This document shows, piece after piece, positions 28,654 through 37,984 of a DNA stretch of 50,485 nt (positions within the stretch are counted from its first letter, which is position 1; each line of letters starts with the position of its first letter). This DNA is from Candidatus Dormiibacterota bacterium (GTDB lineage Bacteria > Chloroflexota > Dormibacteria > CF-121). The position numbers and the translations under genes are program-made. The notes beneath the pieces are model-generated. The model was not told the origin of the DNA. It saw only the letters and a list, made by a program, of their open reading frames with translations, and ran no database searches. The stretch spans positions 1-50,485 of the forward strand of contig DASZJR010000039.1 of NCBI GenBank assembly GCA_035947855.1. Direction: 5' to 3'.

Positions 28654-29472
28654 CTATTCCAGAAACGTGAGAGTAGCCGCGGCGAATAGTGGCGAGCTGA
28701 AGATGTTGTAGTGGGTCAGGCCCGGCAGGATCGCGAGGGCGTGGCCGCCCTTCGGCCGGCCCTCGCCCATCCAGCCGCCGTCTTTGAGACCGCCACCAAG
28801 CAGTTTGAACACCTCGACGTAGTGGCTGGGCGGCGCCATGTCGGCGTCGGCAGCGACGATAAGCGTCGGCACCTGGAGCCGGCGGACGTCCTCGGTGAAG
28901 TCGAAGTCCTTCGACATCGCCTCCCCGATCTTGGTCAGTAACCGTGGGAAGTCCTCAGGGTGTGGCGCGACCCGCTGGTACAACTGGTACATGGGCGTGT
29001 CTTTCATGAAGTCAGCGGCGGCGGCGTTCACCTGACTCTGCTGCGCCCGCATCTCCGGGTAGATGGCATCGGACCGGATGTTCGCTGACGCGACGACGAG
29101 CCGACGGACCTTCGCCGGGTACTGCACGGCTGTCTGCAGCGCTACACCACCACCGAGCGAGTAACCCACGACGTCGGGTTTGTCCAGCCCAAGGTGGTCG
29201 ATCAGTGCCGCGATGTCACCGGCCATAAGCCGGATGTCGATCGGTCGATCGATATCAGCGGTGCGACCGTGTCCTTGCAGGTCGACGGTGACGACCAGGT
29301 GGCGCTCCGCGAGCACCGGAAGGATCGGCCCGAACATCTCGCCCGACCCAAGCCCACCGTGCAGCAGGATCAGCGGCCGGCCAGCCCCATGCGTTTCGTA
29401 ATAGAGCTCGATGCCGTTGACCTCGGCGTACCGGCCGGTGGCCTTCGTGTCGGTCGTCAAATCGGTCTTCAT
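28654..29472 (-). CDS. Alpha/beta-fold hydrolase
   Basis: LILLHGG oxyanion region, nucleophile elbow GYSLGG, 272 aa. Confidence 0.85.
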   Translation of the reverse strand: MKTDLTTDTKATGRYAEVNGIELYYETHGAGRPLILLHGGLGSGEMFGPILPVLAERHLVVTVDLQGHGRTADIDRPIDIRLMAGDIAALIDHLGLDKPDVVGYSLGGGVALQTAVQYPAKVRRLVVASANIRSDAIYPEMRAQQSQVNAAAADFMKDTPMYQLYQRVAPHPEDFPRLLTKIGEAMSKDFDFTEDVRRLQVPTLIVAADADMAPPSHYVEVFKLLGGGLKDGGWMGEGRPKGGHALAILPGLTHYNIFSSPLFAAATLTFLE

Positions 29473-29491
29473 GCGAGTGGCGAGCCGGTCC

Positions 29492-29971
29492 TCAGCTCAC
29501 CGCTTTCTTCACGAGGGCACCAATCCTTGCCTCGTCGGCTGCGGTCAGCTCCTTCAGTGCGAAGGCGACCGGCCACACGGTGCCGTCGTCGAGGTTCGCC
29601 GCGTCGCTGAAGCCGAGCGTCGCGTACCTCGTCTTGAACTTCTGCGCGCTTTGGAAGTGGCAGATGATCTTGCCGTCCTTGGCATAGGCGGGCATCCCGT
29701 ACCAGAGTCTCGGCGAGAGGGCTGGTGCGCTGGCTTTGATGATCGCATGGAGCCGCTTGCCCAGGGCGCGATCCGGTGCGGGCAACTCGGCGATCTTCGC
29801 GAGCACGGCGCTTTCCCCGTCCGCCTTGTCCGCGTCCGCCTTCATCTCCTGGACGCGCGCCTTCATCGCGCCTCGCTCCTCTGAGGTGAATCCGCTGTAC
29901 TTCTTGCCGATCGCCGTGGCGATCCTGGCGGACTTCTGCGTGGCCTTCACTGCAGGTTTCTTCTCAGCCAT
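29492..29971 (-). CDS. DUF1801 (YdhG-like) domain protein
   Basis: 159 aa with [18 protein letters not shown], typical of this family. Confidence 0.65.
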   Translation of the reverse strand: MAEKKPAVKATQKSARIATAIGKKYSGFTSEERGAMKARVQEMKADADKADGESAVLAKIAELPAPDRALGKRLHAIIKASAPALSPRLWYGMPAYAKDGKIICHFQSAQKFKTRYATLGFSDAANLDDGTVWPVAFALKELTAADEARIGALVKKAVS

Positions 29972-29976
29972 CGTGC

Positions 29977-30405
29977 CTATTTTAGTCGCGACTCGTTGAT
30001 GCGGATCAGGTTGCCCGCGGGATCGCGGAAGGCGCAGTCGCGAACCCCGTACGGCTGCTCGGTCGGCTCCTGGACGACTTCGGCGCCGCTCGCCTGAACC
30101 TGGGCGAAGGTGGCGTCGAGGTCGGCCGTGGCCAGGATGAGGGCGGCGTAGCTGCCCTTGGCCATCATCTCCACGATAGTGCGGCGCTCGTCGTCGGTGA
30201 CGGGGCCGGGGCCGAGTCCCGGCGGGTGCAGGACGATGGACGTGCCGGGCTGACCGGCGGAGCCGACCGTGATCCAGCGCTTCCCGCCATATCCGACGTC
30301 GTTGCGGACCTCGAAGTGGAGGGTGTCGCGATAGAAGGCCAGCGATGCATCCGGGTCGTCGTGCGGGAGGAAGGTCGCGTGAATGGTGAGGTCCATGGCG
30401 GTCAT
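29977..30405 (-). CDS. VOC (glyoxalase/bleomycin-resistance/dioxygenase) family protein
   Basis: [33 protein letters not shown]...[18 protein letters not shown] 30405 overlaps the AraC stop (ATGA). Confidence 0.8.
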   Translation of the reverse strand: MTAMDLTIHATFLPHDDPDASLAFYRDTLHFEVRNDVGYGGKRWITVGSAGQPGTSIVLHPPGLGPGPVTDDERRTIVEMMAKGSYAALILATADLDATFAQVQASGAEVVQEPTEQPYGVRDCAFRDPAGNLIRINESRLK

Positions 30406-30845
30406 GCTAGCTGCGGCTCGGTGACCGGCGCTTCTCGATTCCTGATCGGTCTGGTCACCTGTTTCGCCACGCACGGCGGCATCCCCGCCGTCGCGCGCGC
30501 GGCCTGGCGCCTGTAGGCGCTGGGCGGCATACCGACCAGTTCGGTGAAGCGACTGCTGAAGGTGCCCAGCGACGAGCAGCCGACCGCGAAACAGACCTCG
30601 GTGACGCTGAGGTCGCCACGACGCAGCAGCGCCATCGCGCGCTCGATGCGCCGCGTCATCAGGTAGCTGTACGGCGACTCGCCGTAGGCCAGGCGGAACT
30701 CGCGGCTGAGGTGCCCGGCGGACATGTAGGCGCCGCGGGCAAGCGCCTCGACGTCCAGCGGCTGCGCGTACTCCCGGTCGATCCGGTCGCGGACGCGGCG
30801 CAGTCGTGCGAGGTCGCGCCGGCGCTGCGCCAACGCGGGTCTCAT
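30402..30845 (-). CDS. AraC-family transcriptional regulator (short, DNA-binding domain only)
   Basis: Two HTH units ([33 protein letters not shown] and [32 protein letters not shown]). I chose ATG 30845; the ORF extension to 30953 is AT-rich and looks non-coding. Confidence 0.8.
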   Translation of the reverse strand: MRPALAQRRRDLARLRRVRDRIDREYAQPLDVEALARGAYMSAGHLSREFRLAYGESPYSYLMTRRIERAMALLRRGDLSVTEVCFAVGCSSLGTFSSRFTELVGMPPSAYRRQAARATAGMPPCVAKQVTRPIRNREAPVTEPQLA

Positions 30846-30977
30846 TTCTCGATGAACGGTCGTCCGGACATTTCTGCCGTTCAGGTTTAAGCCGACCTCC
30901 ATGTTCTTCAGCTTAAAGCCTCCGTAGTACTGCCAGATACACATAAGGCTCAAGTTCTTCTGGCAGGCCCTCGCCTA

Positions 30978-31388
30978 TCACCGCTTCTCGCTGAAACGCA
31001 CCATGTTGCCCGATGGGTCGCGAAACGCGCTGTCGCGGACGCCGTAGCCCTGATCCATGGGCTCCTGCAGCACCTCCGCGCCGGCTCGGCACACGCGCTC
31101 GAAGGTTGCGTCGCAGTCATCGGTGGCGAAGATGACGGCGCGCAGCATGCCATTGGCCAGGAGTTGCGACATCACTTTCTTGTCCTGCGGTGAGGCGTTC
31201 GGATTGGCCGCCGGCAGCTCGAGCACAATATTGACGTCGGGCTGTGCCTTCGGGCCCACCGTTATCCAGCGCATGCCGTTGCTATTGACGTCGTTGCGAA
31301 CCTCGAGACTAAGGACGTCGCGGTAGAACGCCAGGGCTTCGTCGTGGTCGTGGACGGCTATAAAGCAGTGGGAGACTTTCAATTCCAT
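30978..31388 (-). CDS. VOC family protein
   Basis: 136 aa: HCFIAVHDHDEALAFYRDVLSLEV...RDSAFRDPSGNMVRF. Confidence 0.85.
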   Translation of the reverse strand: MELKVSHCFIAVHDHDEALAFYRDVLSLEVRNDVNSNGMRWITVGPKAQPDVNIVLELPAANPNASPQDKKVMSQLLANGMLRAVIFATDDCDATFERVCRAGAEVLQEPMDQGYGVRDSAFRDPSGNMVRFSEKR

Positions 31389-31553
31389 ATCCCGGACGTT
31401 AGAGAGGTTGCCCGGGCGAATGCTTCTCCATTCCTGACCGATGTGGGGGCGTACTCCTGAGACGCGTCAGAAATCAAGAAGCAATCGCGGAGCGCGGGCC
31501 CTAGGCTGACCGCATGACGCGGCCAACACCGAGAATTTGACGGGAGGAAAGCA

Positions 31554-31967
31554 ATGAAGATCAGACTGACCAGCATTTACGTCGACGACCAGGAGAAGGC
31601 GTTGCGCTTCTACACCAAAGTGGCCGGCTTCGTGAAAAAGGCGGACGTTTCGCAAGGTGGGTATCGGTGGCTCACCGTGGCGTCGCCCGAAGACCCGGAT
31701 GGCACCGAGCTGCAGCTTGCCCGCAACGACAACCCCGCGGCCAAGGCCTACCAGGAGGCGCTTTTCCAGCAGGGCCAGCCCGCCGTCATGTTCTTCACGG
31801 ACGACGTCGAGGGCGACTATGAGCGCATGAAAGCCGCTGGCGCCGAATTCAAGATGACACCCACCAAGGTGACAGGCTCGACCATCGCCCAGGCGAATGA
31901 CACCACTGGCAACCTGATCCAGATTGCGCAGCTGGACCGGGCACGAAGCGGAGCGGGGCGCCGGTAA
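31554..31967 (+). CDS. VOC family protein
   Basis: 137 aa: IYVDDQEKALRFYTKVAGF...ANDTTGNLIQI. RBS GGGAGGAAAG. Confidence 0.85.
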   Translation: MKIRLTSIYVDDQEKALRFYTKVAGFVKKADVSQGGYRWLTVASPEDPDGTELQLARNDNPAAKAYQEALFQQGQPAVMFFTDDVEGDYERMKAAGAEFKMTPTKVTGSTIAQANDTTGNLIQIAQLDRARSGAGRR

Positions 31968-32405
31968 GCCGGTCGAAGTCACACGGGCCGCGCCAGGACG
32001 TGTTCACGTCTCCAACGGCGCGGCCCCGCGACTCCCAGGCACGCCGCCTGCTGACCGGCAACTACGCATCCGCTCATGTCTTAGCCGACCGACGACGAAC
32101 AATCTGGGGGGCAGCGGACAGGGAGGAGATCAGAGCGCTGCTCCGGAGGAGCCCGCTGGGGCGCACCTGCACGGTATGTTGGACGTATTGGAGTAAAGCC
32201 CGCTGCCTCGAGCGCCACCCTGAGCCCGTCGGAGGAAATCCCTCCGCTCAACGACCGCGAGCTCGAGCTGCTGCGTGAGGTCGGTCGGCACTGGGCGGCC
32301 GCGATCGGGGCCCGTCATTCGCAACTGACGGCTCTGCCGGTCGATCCGGCACTGCGCAGGGTCTCAAAAAGACCGCGGCCCACTCGATTCGGCCGGATCA
32401 CACCG

Positions 32406-34391
32406 GTGGAGATGTTCGAACCGCGCCGCCGGGATGAGGCGGTGGCGACCGAACCCGCCGAAGCGCCGCCATCCCGCCTGGGGCGGCTGGCCACTGCAGC
32501 GCGCCGCATGGTGGTGGGGCCGCCCTTGAGCAGCTCGGCAGTGATCCACGAGCGGATGCGCAAGCTGGTGGCCCTGCCGGTGCTCGCATCGGACCTGCTT
32601 TCGTCGGTCGCCTACGGGCCCGAAGCCATGCTGAGCGTCCTCGTTCTCGCCGGGACGGCGGGCCTGGCGCTGTCCGCGCCGATCGCCGCCGTCCTTGTCC
32701 TGTTCATGATCTCGGTCGCTGTCTCCTACCGGCAAACCGTGCGCGCCTATCCCTCGGGCGCCGGCTCATACATCGTCGCCGGCGATAACCTCGGTGAGCT
32801 CGCCGGCCTGGCCGCCGCCATTGGGTTGATGACCGACTACGTCCTCACGGTCTCGGTCTCGATCGCGGCCGGAGTGGCTGCGGTGACCTCAGCGCTTCCG
32901 GTCGCCGGCCCCTATGCAGTGGCCATGGGACTGGTTGCCATCGGTGTCCTGCTGGCCGGCAATCTTCGTGGCGTGCGGCAGGCGGGGGCGGCGTTCGCCT
33001 GGCCGACCTACGCCTTCGTGGCCGCTGTGTTCCTGATCGTCGGCGCCGGCCTGGCGCGGGCAGCCGTCCGAGGCTGGCATCCGATCCCGCCTCCGCCGGT
33101 CAAAGCGGTCGAGGCGATCAGCGTCCTCCTCATACTGCGGGCGTTCACCTCGGGCGCCACCTCCATGACCGGGATCGAGGCGGCCTCCAATGCCATCCCG
33201 GTGTTCCACCCGGTGGAATGGCGCAACGCCCGGACCACCCTGACCTGGATGGTTGGCCTGCTGGTCGTGATGTTCGTCGGACTGATGGTCGTCATTTCGC
33301 TCGAGGGCGTGGTCCCAAAGAGCAGTGAGACCCTACTCTCGCAGCTGGCTCGCCGTACCCTCGGCAGCGCTCCTCTCTATGCCTATGTCCAGGCAGCCAG
33401 CGCTCTGGTTCTGTTCTTCGCGGCCAACACCGCCTTCAACGACTTTCCGCGGCTCCTATTTTTCATGGCGCGCAACCGTCACGCACCCCGGATCTTCCTG
33501 CGCATGGGCGATCGGCTCGCCTTCAGCAATGGGATCATCGCCCTGGCGATCGTCGCGGCCATCATCTTCGTCGCGTTTCGCGGCCGGACACAGGCTCTGA
33601 TCCCGCTCTACGCGGTCGGCGTGTTTCTCGCGTTCACGCTCTCGCAGTCCGGCATGGTGGTGCATTGGCTACGCCATCGCGACCCGCACTGGCGCAAGAG
33701 CATCGCATTGAACGGATTGGGTGCCGCGCTCTCGGCTGTCGTCCTGGTCACCGCCGCGGTCACCAAATTCACGGAGGGCGCCTGGGTCGTCGTTATCGGC
33801 ATGCCGCTCCTCATCGCGGGTGGGTTGCGGATCCGTCACCACTACCAGTCGGAGCAGAACGAGGTCGCGATCCGTCCCCTTCCGCCCGGAATTCAAAAGC
33901 GCGCGATCGTGCCCGCGCTCCCGCCTACCGTCGCCGTCGAGAGTGCCGACTCTGGCGTTGCGGAGCACGAGGAAAGCCCGGATGAGATCCACCACCTGAT
34001 CGCGGTTCCGATCGCCCGCTTCGACTTGGCCAGCCTGCGCGCACTCGCCTACGCCGCGTCTTTCATGCAGCCTGTGTTGGCGGTGCACATCAGCCCGGAC
34101 GAGGACGAAGCCCGCCGCTTTCGGCAGTCATGGGAGGTGTGGGGGCGCCACGTTCGCGTCGAGGTGATCGTCTCACCTTATCGCGCCATCGTCGGCCCCC
34201 TGGCAAACTACCTTGGGGCTCTGCATGGGCTTCGGCCGAACATCGTGCTGACGGTCGTGTTGCCGGAACTCGTGGTTCGGCACGCCTGGCAACAGGTGCT
34301 GCATGCCCATGTCGCTCGACGCATACGCCACGCGCTCCGGTGGGAGCCCGGCATCGTGATTACGACGGTGCCGTTTCACCTCTCCGGCTGA
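32406..34391 (+). CDS. APC-superfamily permease with a C-terminal cytoplasmic domain of about 200 aa
   Basis: 661 aa with about 12 TM segments (ALPVLASDLLSSVAYGPEAML). The GTG start is uncertain because the frame is open upstream to 32055 with no canonical start. Confidence 0.78.
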   Translation: MEMFEPRRRDEAVATEPAEAPPSRLGRLATAARRMVVGPPLSSSAVIHERMRKLVALPVLASDLLSSVAYGPEAMLSVLVLAGTAGLALSAPIAAVLVLFMISVAVSYRQTVRAYPSGAGSYIVAGDNLGELAGLAAAIGLMTDYVLTVSVSIAAGVAAVTSALPVAGPYAVAMGLVAIGVLLAGNLRGVRQAGAAFAWPTYAFVAAVFLIVGAGLARAAVRGWHPIPPPPVKAVEAISVLLILRAFTSGATSMTGIEAASNAIPVFHPVEWRNARTTLTWMVGLLVVMFVGLMVVISLEGVVPKSSETLLSQLARRTLGSAPLYAYVQAASALVLFFAANTAFNDFPRLLFFMARNRHAPRIFLRMGDRLAFSNGIIALAIVAAIIFVAFRGRTQALIPLYAVGVFLAFTLSQSGMVVHWLRHRDPHWRKSIALNGLGAALSAVVLVTAAVTKFTEGAWVVVIGMPLLIAGGLRIRHHYQSEQNEVAIRPLPPGIQKRAIVPALPPTVAVESADSGVAEHEESPDEIHHLIAVPIARFDLASLRALAYAASFMQPVLAVHISPDEDEARRFRQSWEVWGRHVRVEVIVSPYRAIVGPLANYLGALHGLRPNIVLTVVLPELVVRHAWQQVLHAHVARRIRHALRWEPGIVITTVPFHLSG

Positions 34392-34551
34392 GTAGTCGAG
34401 CGGGCCCAGATTGATCTCGTCCATCGCCAGCTGTCCGGCAGTCCGGTCCGAGAGCATGATGGTGGAGAGGACGCATCCAGGAAGGTGATGTCTGGCGGGT
34501 GCGACGGTAGCTCTCGCAGGGCGTGGGGGAGATGCCCCACATCCAGACGAC

Positions 34552-34917
34552 TTAGCGGCGGCTGAGGGCCAGCTCTTCGCGGGCCTGATCGACGATACAG
34601 AAGCGCGCCCACGGCTTGGCCGCTAATCGCTCCTCCTCGATCGGATTGCCGCAGGCTTCGCAGATGCCGTAGGTGCCGGCGTCGAGCCGCCGCAACGCAT
34701 CGTCGATGTCCTTCAGTTCGGCTTCGGTAATGGTCAGGGTGGTCAGCTCTAGCTCCCGGTCAAATGTTTCGCTCCCGAGTTCTGCAGGATGCTGATCGAC
34801 CTTCGAGAGCTCGGTCGACTCGGGTGGATAGGCCTCTTCCTGGCGCAGCCGTTGCGCTAGAGCCTGCCGGTGCGCGCGCTCTTCTTCCAGGCGCTGGCGG
34901 GCGCGCATGAGGTCCAT
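34552..34917 (-). CDS. TraR/DksA-family zinc-finger protein
   Basis: YGICEACGNPIEEERLAAKPWARFCIVD (CxxC-x17-CxxD) preceded by a coiled-coil region. I chose ATG 34917; the ORF opens at 35124. Confidence 0.68.
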   Translation of the reverse strand: MDLMRARQRLEEERAHRQALAQRLRQEEAYPPESTELSKVDQHPAELGSETFDRELELTTLTITEAELKDIDDALRRLDAGTYGICEACGNPIEEERLAAKPWARFCIVDQAREELALSRR

Positions 34918-35086
34918 ACCTGTGATGTTACGTTCCAGGATGAGCACGCGGCGGGGCTGCTCGGTGCGTTTTTGGAGAATCTCCGGCAACCGATGCCGTT
35001 CGGAGCTCGCCCCTGCTCCCTGATGCGGTAGGGGCTGAGCCGCCCGATTTGGTTCGTCGCAACTTCTTCGGATACGATGCTGGTGA

Positions 35087-35938
35087 ATGTTCACCCCCTG
35101 GGACCTGCTGTGGTTATTTTTCATCTTCAGCTCGCTTCAACCGGTGCTCCAGAAATACCTGCTCGCCCAGGCGAGGCGACGGACCCTGACCAGGATCGCT
35201 GTGAAGCGCGACGCGACCGTGATCACGCTGATCCATCGTCAGGAAACACTCTCCTTGCTTGGGATTCCGCTCGCGCGCTACATCGACATCGATGATTCGC
35301 AGAGCGTGCTCCGCGCGATTCGCGAAACCCGGCCGGGGAAAACGATCGAGATCATCCTGCATACGCCCGGCGGCCTGGTGCTGGCAGCGAGCCAGATTGC
35401 GCGCGCGCTGGGGGACCATGATGGCCGCGTCGTCGCGGTCGTGCCGCATTACGCCATGAGCGGCGGCACGCTGATCGCGCTGGCCGCGGACGAAATCATC
35501 CTGGACCGTCATGCGGCGCTGGGGCCGGTCGACCCGCAACTGGGTCAGTACGCGGCACGGTCGCTGGTTGATGTGGCCGACCGACCCGGCCGCCACGAAG
35601 ACCAAACCTTGCTGCTGGCAGACGTCGGTCGGAAGGCGCTCCGCCAGGTCCAGTGGACCGCGCAGATGCTGCTCGAGAAGCACATGGAAGCGGGGCGAGC
35701 CCACGACACCGCGGAACTGCTGGCGACGGGAGTGTGGACGCACGACCACCCGCTGATGGCCCCGGAGCTCGTGCAGCTTGGCCTGCCGGTGAAAGTCGGG
35801 GTCCCGCCCGAGGAGCGCTCGTTGATGGATCTGTACCCGCAGCCGCGAGGGCGCGAGGCTTCGGTCGAGTACGTTCCAGGTCCGCAGCTTCCACCGGTGC
35901 TTCCTCCTCGGCACGACACCCCGCCTGACCGCCGCTGA
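35087..35938 (+). CDS. SDH-family ClpP-fold serine protease (membrane-anchored)
   Basis: N-terminal TM segment (LLWLFFIFSSL), IILHTPGG, and HYAMSGGTLIALAADEIIL containing the candidate nucleophile Ser. Confidence 0.72.
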   Translation: MFTPWDLLWLFFIFSSLQPVLQKYLLAQARRRTLTRIAVKRDATVITLIHRQETLSLLGIPLARYIDIDDSQSVLRAIRETRPGKTIEIILHTPGGLVLAASQIARALGDHDGRVVAVVPHYAMSGGTLIALAADEIILDRHAALGPVDPQLGQYAARSLVDVADRPGRHEDQTLLLADVGRKALRQVQWTAQMLLEKHMEAGRAHDTAELLATGVWTHDHPLMAPELVQLGLPVKVGVPPEERSLMDLYPQPRGREASVEYVPGPQLPPVLPPRHDTPPDRR

Positions 35939-36267
35939 GGCAGCAACCGCGGCGCTGGGGCATTGCCAAAGGTCCTAGCTCGTGCAGGAGGAGGTTCCAC
36001 CGACCATCCCAGCCGGAGGAGCACCAACTGCGCAGGCCGTCGTGGACTCGGCATCGTTTGCCGGCTCACCGCGCAGTCTCGCGCCACCTCCGTCACCGTG
36101 CGCCCGCCGCCGACCACCGCCATGACCGCAAATGCTGGGTTCCACTGCGGCCTCTCCGAATGAAGTAGAGACGACCTGCGCTACCCCCCTCATCCTATGA
36201 GAAGCGACGAGTGCGTATCGGCTCGACGCAAGTGTGCCCTCCCACCGGATCGAACGACGAAGCGCCA

Positions 36268-37113
36268 TTAACCGAGACCAGCGGTAAGGATCTCTGCGAA
36301 GTTGTATTTCGGCTGATAGCCCAGCGACATCTGAGCCCGCTCGATCACGTACACACGGTCAATGCTCAGCGGAAGACGCCAGCCTCTTTCCCTGAAGACC
36401 GCTGCTGCTCCTGGAAAATAGCGGCCAATAGTGGCGGGAGCGTTCCTGTACAGCTCCTCGAGGTCGCTGGGATCAAAGGGAGACAGCGCCGACACGTTGA
36501 AGATTGCGAAACCATCATGCGGAGCGCCTAACGCCAGCACGTGTGCGGCCGCAGCATCCCTGACGTCGACTCCGCGATAAAGGCGGTAGGTGGCGAGAAG
36601 GTTCGGCTCTTCAGGAAAGTACCGGCCAGGACGCAGGCAAATGGCAGAAAGACCTTCGTTATCGGCGAACTGTCGGCACAGTTCTTCAGCAGCCAGCTTG
36701 GTCTCGTCGTAAATATCCCGCGGCTCAGGCAGGAGCTCTTCAGTAACCCACACCGCCCGGCCCACCGGCTGCAACCGATGTCCGTAGATCGATGTTGTGC
36801 TCGTGTAGACGATTCGCCGGGTGCTGGCCCTGGCAGCTGCCTCGAGGAGCTGCCTGGTGCCCTCGACGTTGACGCGGCGAAACTCCGCTGCAGGATAGCG
36901 AGGCAGGTCCGGGGCATGTAGCGAGACGGTATGGATCACGGCGTCGGCTCCCTCGATCAGGTCACCAACGACGGCTCGGTCGGTCACGTCGCCGATCCGG
37001 GTTGTGGCAGGACCAGGCTTAATGTCGAGCCCTAACACCTCATGGGCGGGACGGAGCTGTTGGCAGATAGTGCGCCCAAGCTGTCCCGAACTGCCCGTGA
37101 CGAGGATCCTCAT
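36268..37113 (-). CDS. NAD-dependent epimerase/dehydratase (SDR) family protein
   Basis: MRILVTGSSGQLG Rossmann motif, YDETK catalytic motif, 281 aa. Confidence 0.85.
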   Translation of the reverse strand: MRILVTGSSGQLGRTICQQLRPAHEVLGLDIKPGPATTRIGDVTDRAVVGDLIEGADAVIHTVSLHAPDLPRYPAAEFRRVNVEGTRQLLEAAARASTRRIVYTSTTSIYGHRLQPVGRAVWVTEELLPEPRDIYDETKLAAEELCRQFADNEGLSAICLRPGRYFPEEPNLLATYRLYRGVDVRDAAAAHVLALGAPHDGFAIFNVSALSPFDPSDLEELYRNAPATIGRYFPGAAAVFRERGWRLPLSIDRVYVIERAQMSLGYQPKYNFAEILTAGLG

Positions 37114-37262
37114 GATAAGAGCATTGCAAATCTTCTAAGAGCGGAGGTCGGTCGCCGTTCGGCTGCCGAGTTGTTTTGAAATTGCTGGTGCTTTGGTGGT
37201 AAGGCGGTGTCCGGACGGCACCCTCCGAAGACGGTCGAGGCCGATTTCCTATTCAAGCATGG

Positions 37263-37302
37263 AGCCGACGGACGGATTCGAACCGGGGACCGCGGTTACA
37301 AA
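37263..37302 (-). repeat. Partial, diverged copy of the 3' half of tRNA-Thr(TGT); att-like direct repeat
   Basis: AGCCGACGGACGGATTCGAACCGGGGACCGCGGTTACAAA matches 37847-37891 (AGCCGACGGTCGGATTCGAACCGACGACCCGCTGTTTACAAA), with a few mismatches and indels. It covers acceptor 3' strand, T-arm, variable region, anticodon stem 3' strand and anticodon loop, then similarity stops. Confidence 0.55.
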
Positions 37303-37343
37303 TTGAATCGCCCCGGATTTAGTGGAGACTCGGCGACTTGGAT

Positions 37344-37732
37344 TCATGCGACCATCGGCGCCCGATCCAGATACGTCGAGGGTGCGGGCGGCGGCATGGA
37401 AGCGGCTCGTGGGCGGGCGTCACCGAGCGCCTGATGAGGCCGCTCCGTGTTGTAGTAGGTCACCCACTCGTCCAGCGCCTGCACCGGTGCGCCCGGCGCA
37501 ACTCCAGCACTTTGACTTCGATCTCGGCGTGCATCTGGTGCGGACACCGCTGCGGCCGATGGGAGCGGTCGGGCAGACCTTCCAGCCCCTCCACCTCGTA
37601 GAGACCCAACCACCGGTGCACCGTCCGCCGGCTCACGCCCCACTGGCTCGCCACCTCGATGACCGTCCGCCCCTCCGCGATGACGCCCAAAACCGCCTGG
37701 TACCGCTGTTCAGTTACGCTCAGTTCCCTCAT
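37344..37732 (-). mobile_element. IS481-family transposase remnant (internally deleted, frame-shifted)
   Basis: An N-terminal HTH piece (MRELSVTEQRYQAVLGVIAEGRTVIEVASQWGVSRRTVHRWLGLYEVEGLEGLPDRSHRP...VLELRRAH) is joined in another frame to the extreme C-terminus of an rve core (QALDEWVTYYNTERPHQALG). The DDE catalytic core is missing. Confidence 0.65.
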
Positions 37733-37744
37733 GGGGGAAAGTGA

Positions 37745-37830
37745 GACACATCAGCCGAAGTAGCTGTGACACATCACCCGAAGGCGTGGGACGCATCAGC
37801 CGAAGGCCCAATGGGACACCTCAGCCGAAC
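37745..37830. repeat. Four imperfect direct repeats of a 16-nt core, GACACATCAGCCGAAG
   Basis: Copies are at 37745-37760 (GACACATCAGCCGAAG), 37768-37783 (GACACATCACCCGAAG), 37790-37805 (GACGCATCAGCCGAAG) and 37815-37830 (GACACCTCAGCCGAAC). Periods are 23, 22 and 25 nt. Confidence 0.7.
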
Positions 37831-37846
37831 TACTAGAGAAGAGGTC

Positions 37847-37919
37847 AGCCGACGGTCGGATTCGAACCGACGACCCGCTGTTTACAAAACAGCTGCTCTG
37901 CCAGCTGAGCTACGTCGGC
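37847..37919 (-). tRNA. tRNA-Thr (anticodon TGT)
   Basis: The reverse complement folds as GCCGACG-TA-GCTC-AGCTGGCA-GAGC-A-GCTGT-TTTGTAA-ACAGC-GGGTC-GTCGG-TTCGAAT-CCGAC-CGTCGGC-T, 73 nt. CCA is not encoded. Confidence 0.9.
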
Positions 37920-37984
37920 GTGTGTCCCGATTATATGAGGGGTCGCCGCCTGCACCCTGCCCTCCCCCGGAGGGGGAGGATTCC

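Noticed and set aside
30846-30953. An N-terminal extension of the AraC ORF (MSLMCIWQYYGGFKLKNMEVGLNLNGRNV...).
   Set aside because: The region is markedly AT-richer than the coding sequence here and has atypical codon usage. It is more likely the promoter and leader.
32055-32405. The permease reading frame stays open for 350 nt upstream of its GTG. It encodes ...PPLNDRELELLREVGRHWAAAIGARHSQ..., vaguely like a LuxR-type HTH (LTxRExEVLxLV).
   Set aside because: There is no start codon, the match is short and out of register after about 13 residues, and the codon bias is unconvincing. It may be a relic but cannot be supported from sequence alone.
35975-36268. A 97-aa minus-strand ORF whose C-terminus (ESTTACAVGAPPAGMVGGTSSCTS) is Ser/Thr/Cys-rich and looks superficially like a lanthipeptide/RiPP core.
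   Set aside because: No RBS, no leader-like motif and no modification enzyme (LanM/LanB/LanC, YcaO, rSAM) nearby. The composition is what random high-GC ORFs give.
37745-37830. I considered whether the four direct repeats could be a mini-CRISPR array.
   Set aside because: The repeats are only 16 nt, the 'spacers' are 6-9 nt, the copies are imperfect, and there are no cas genes.
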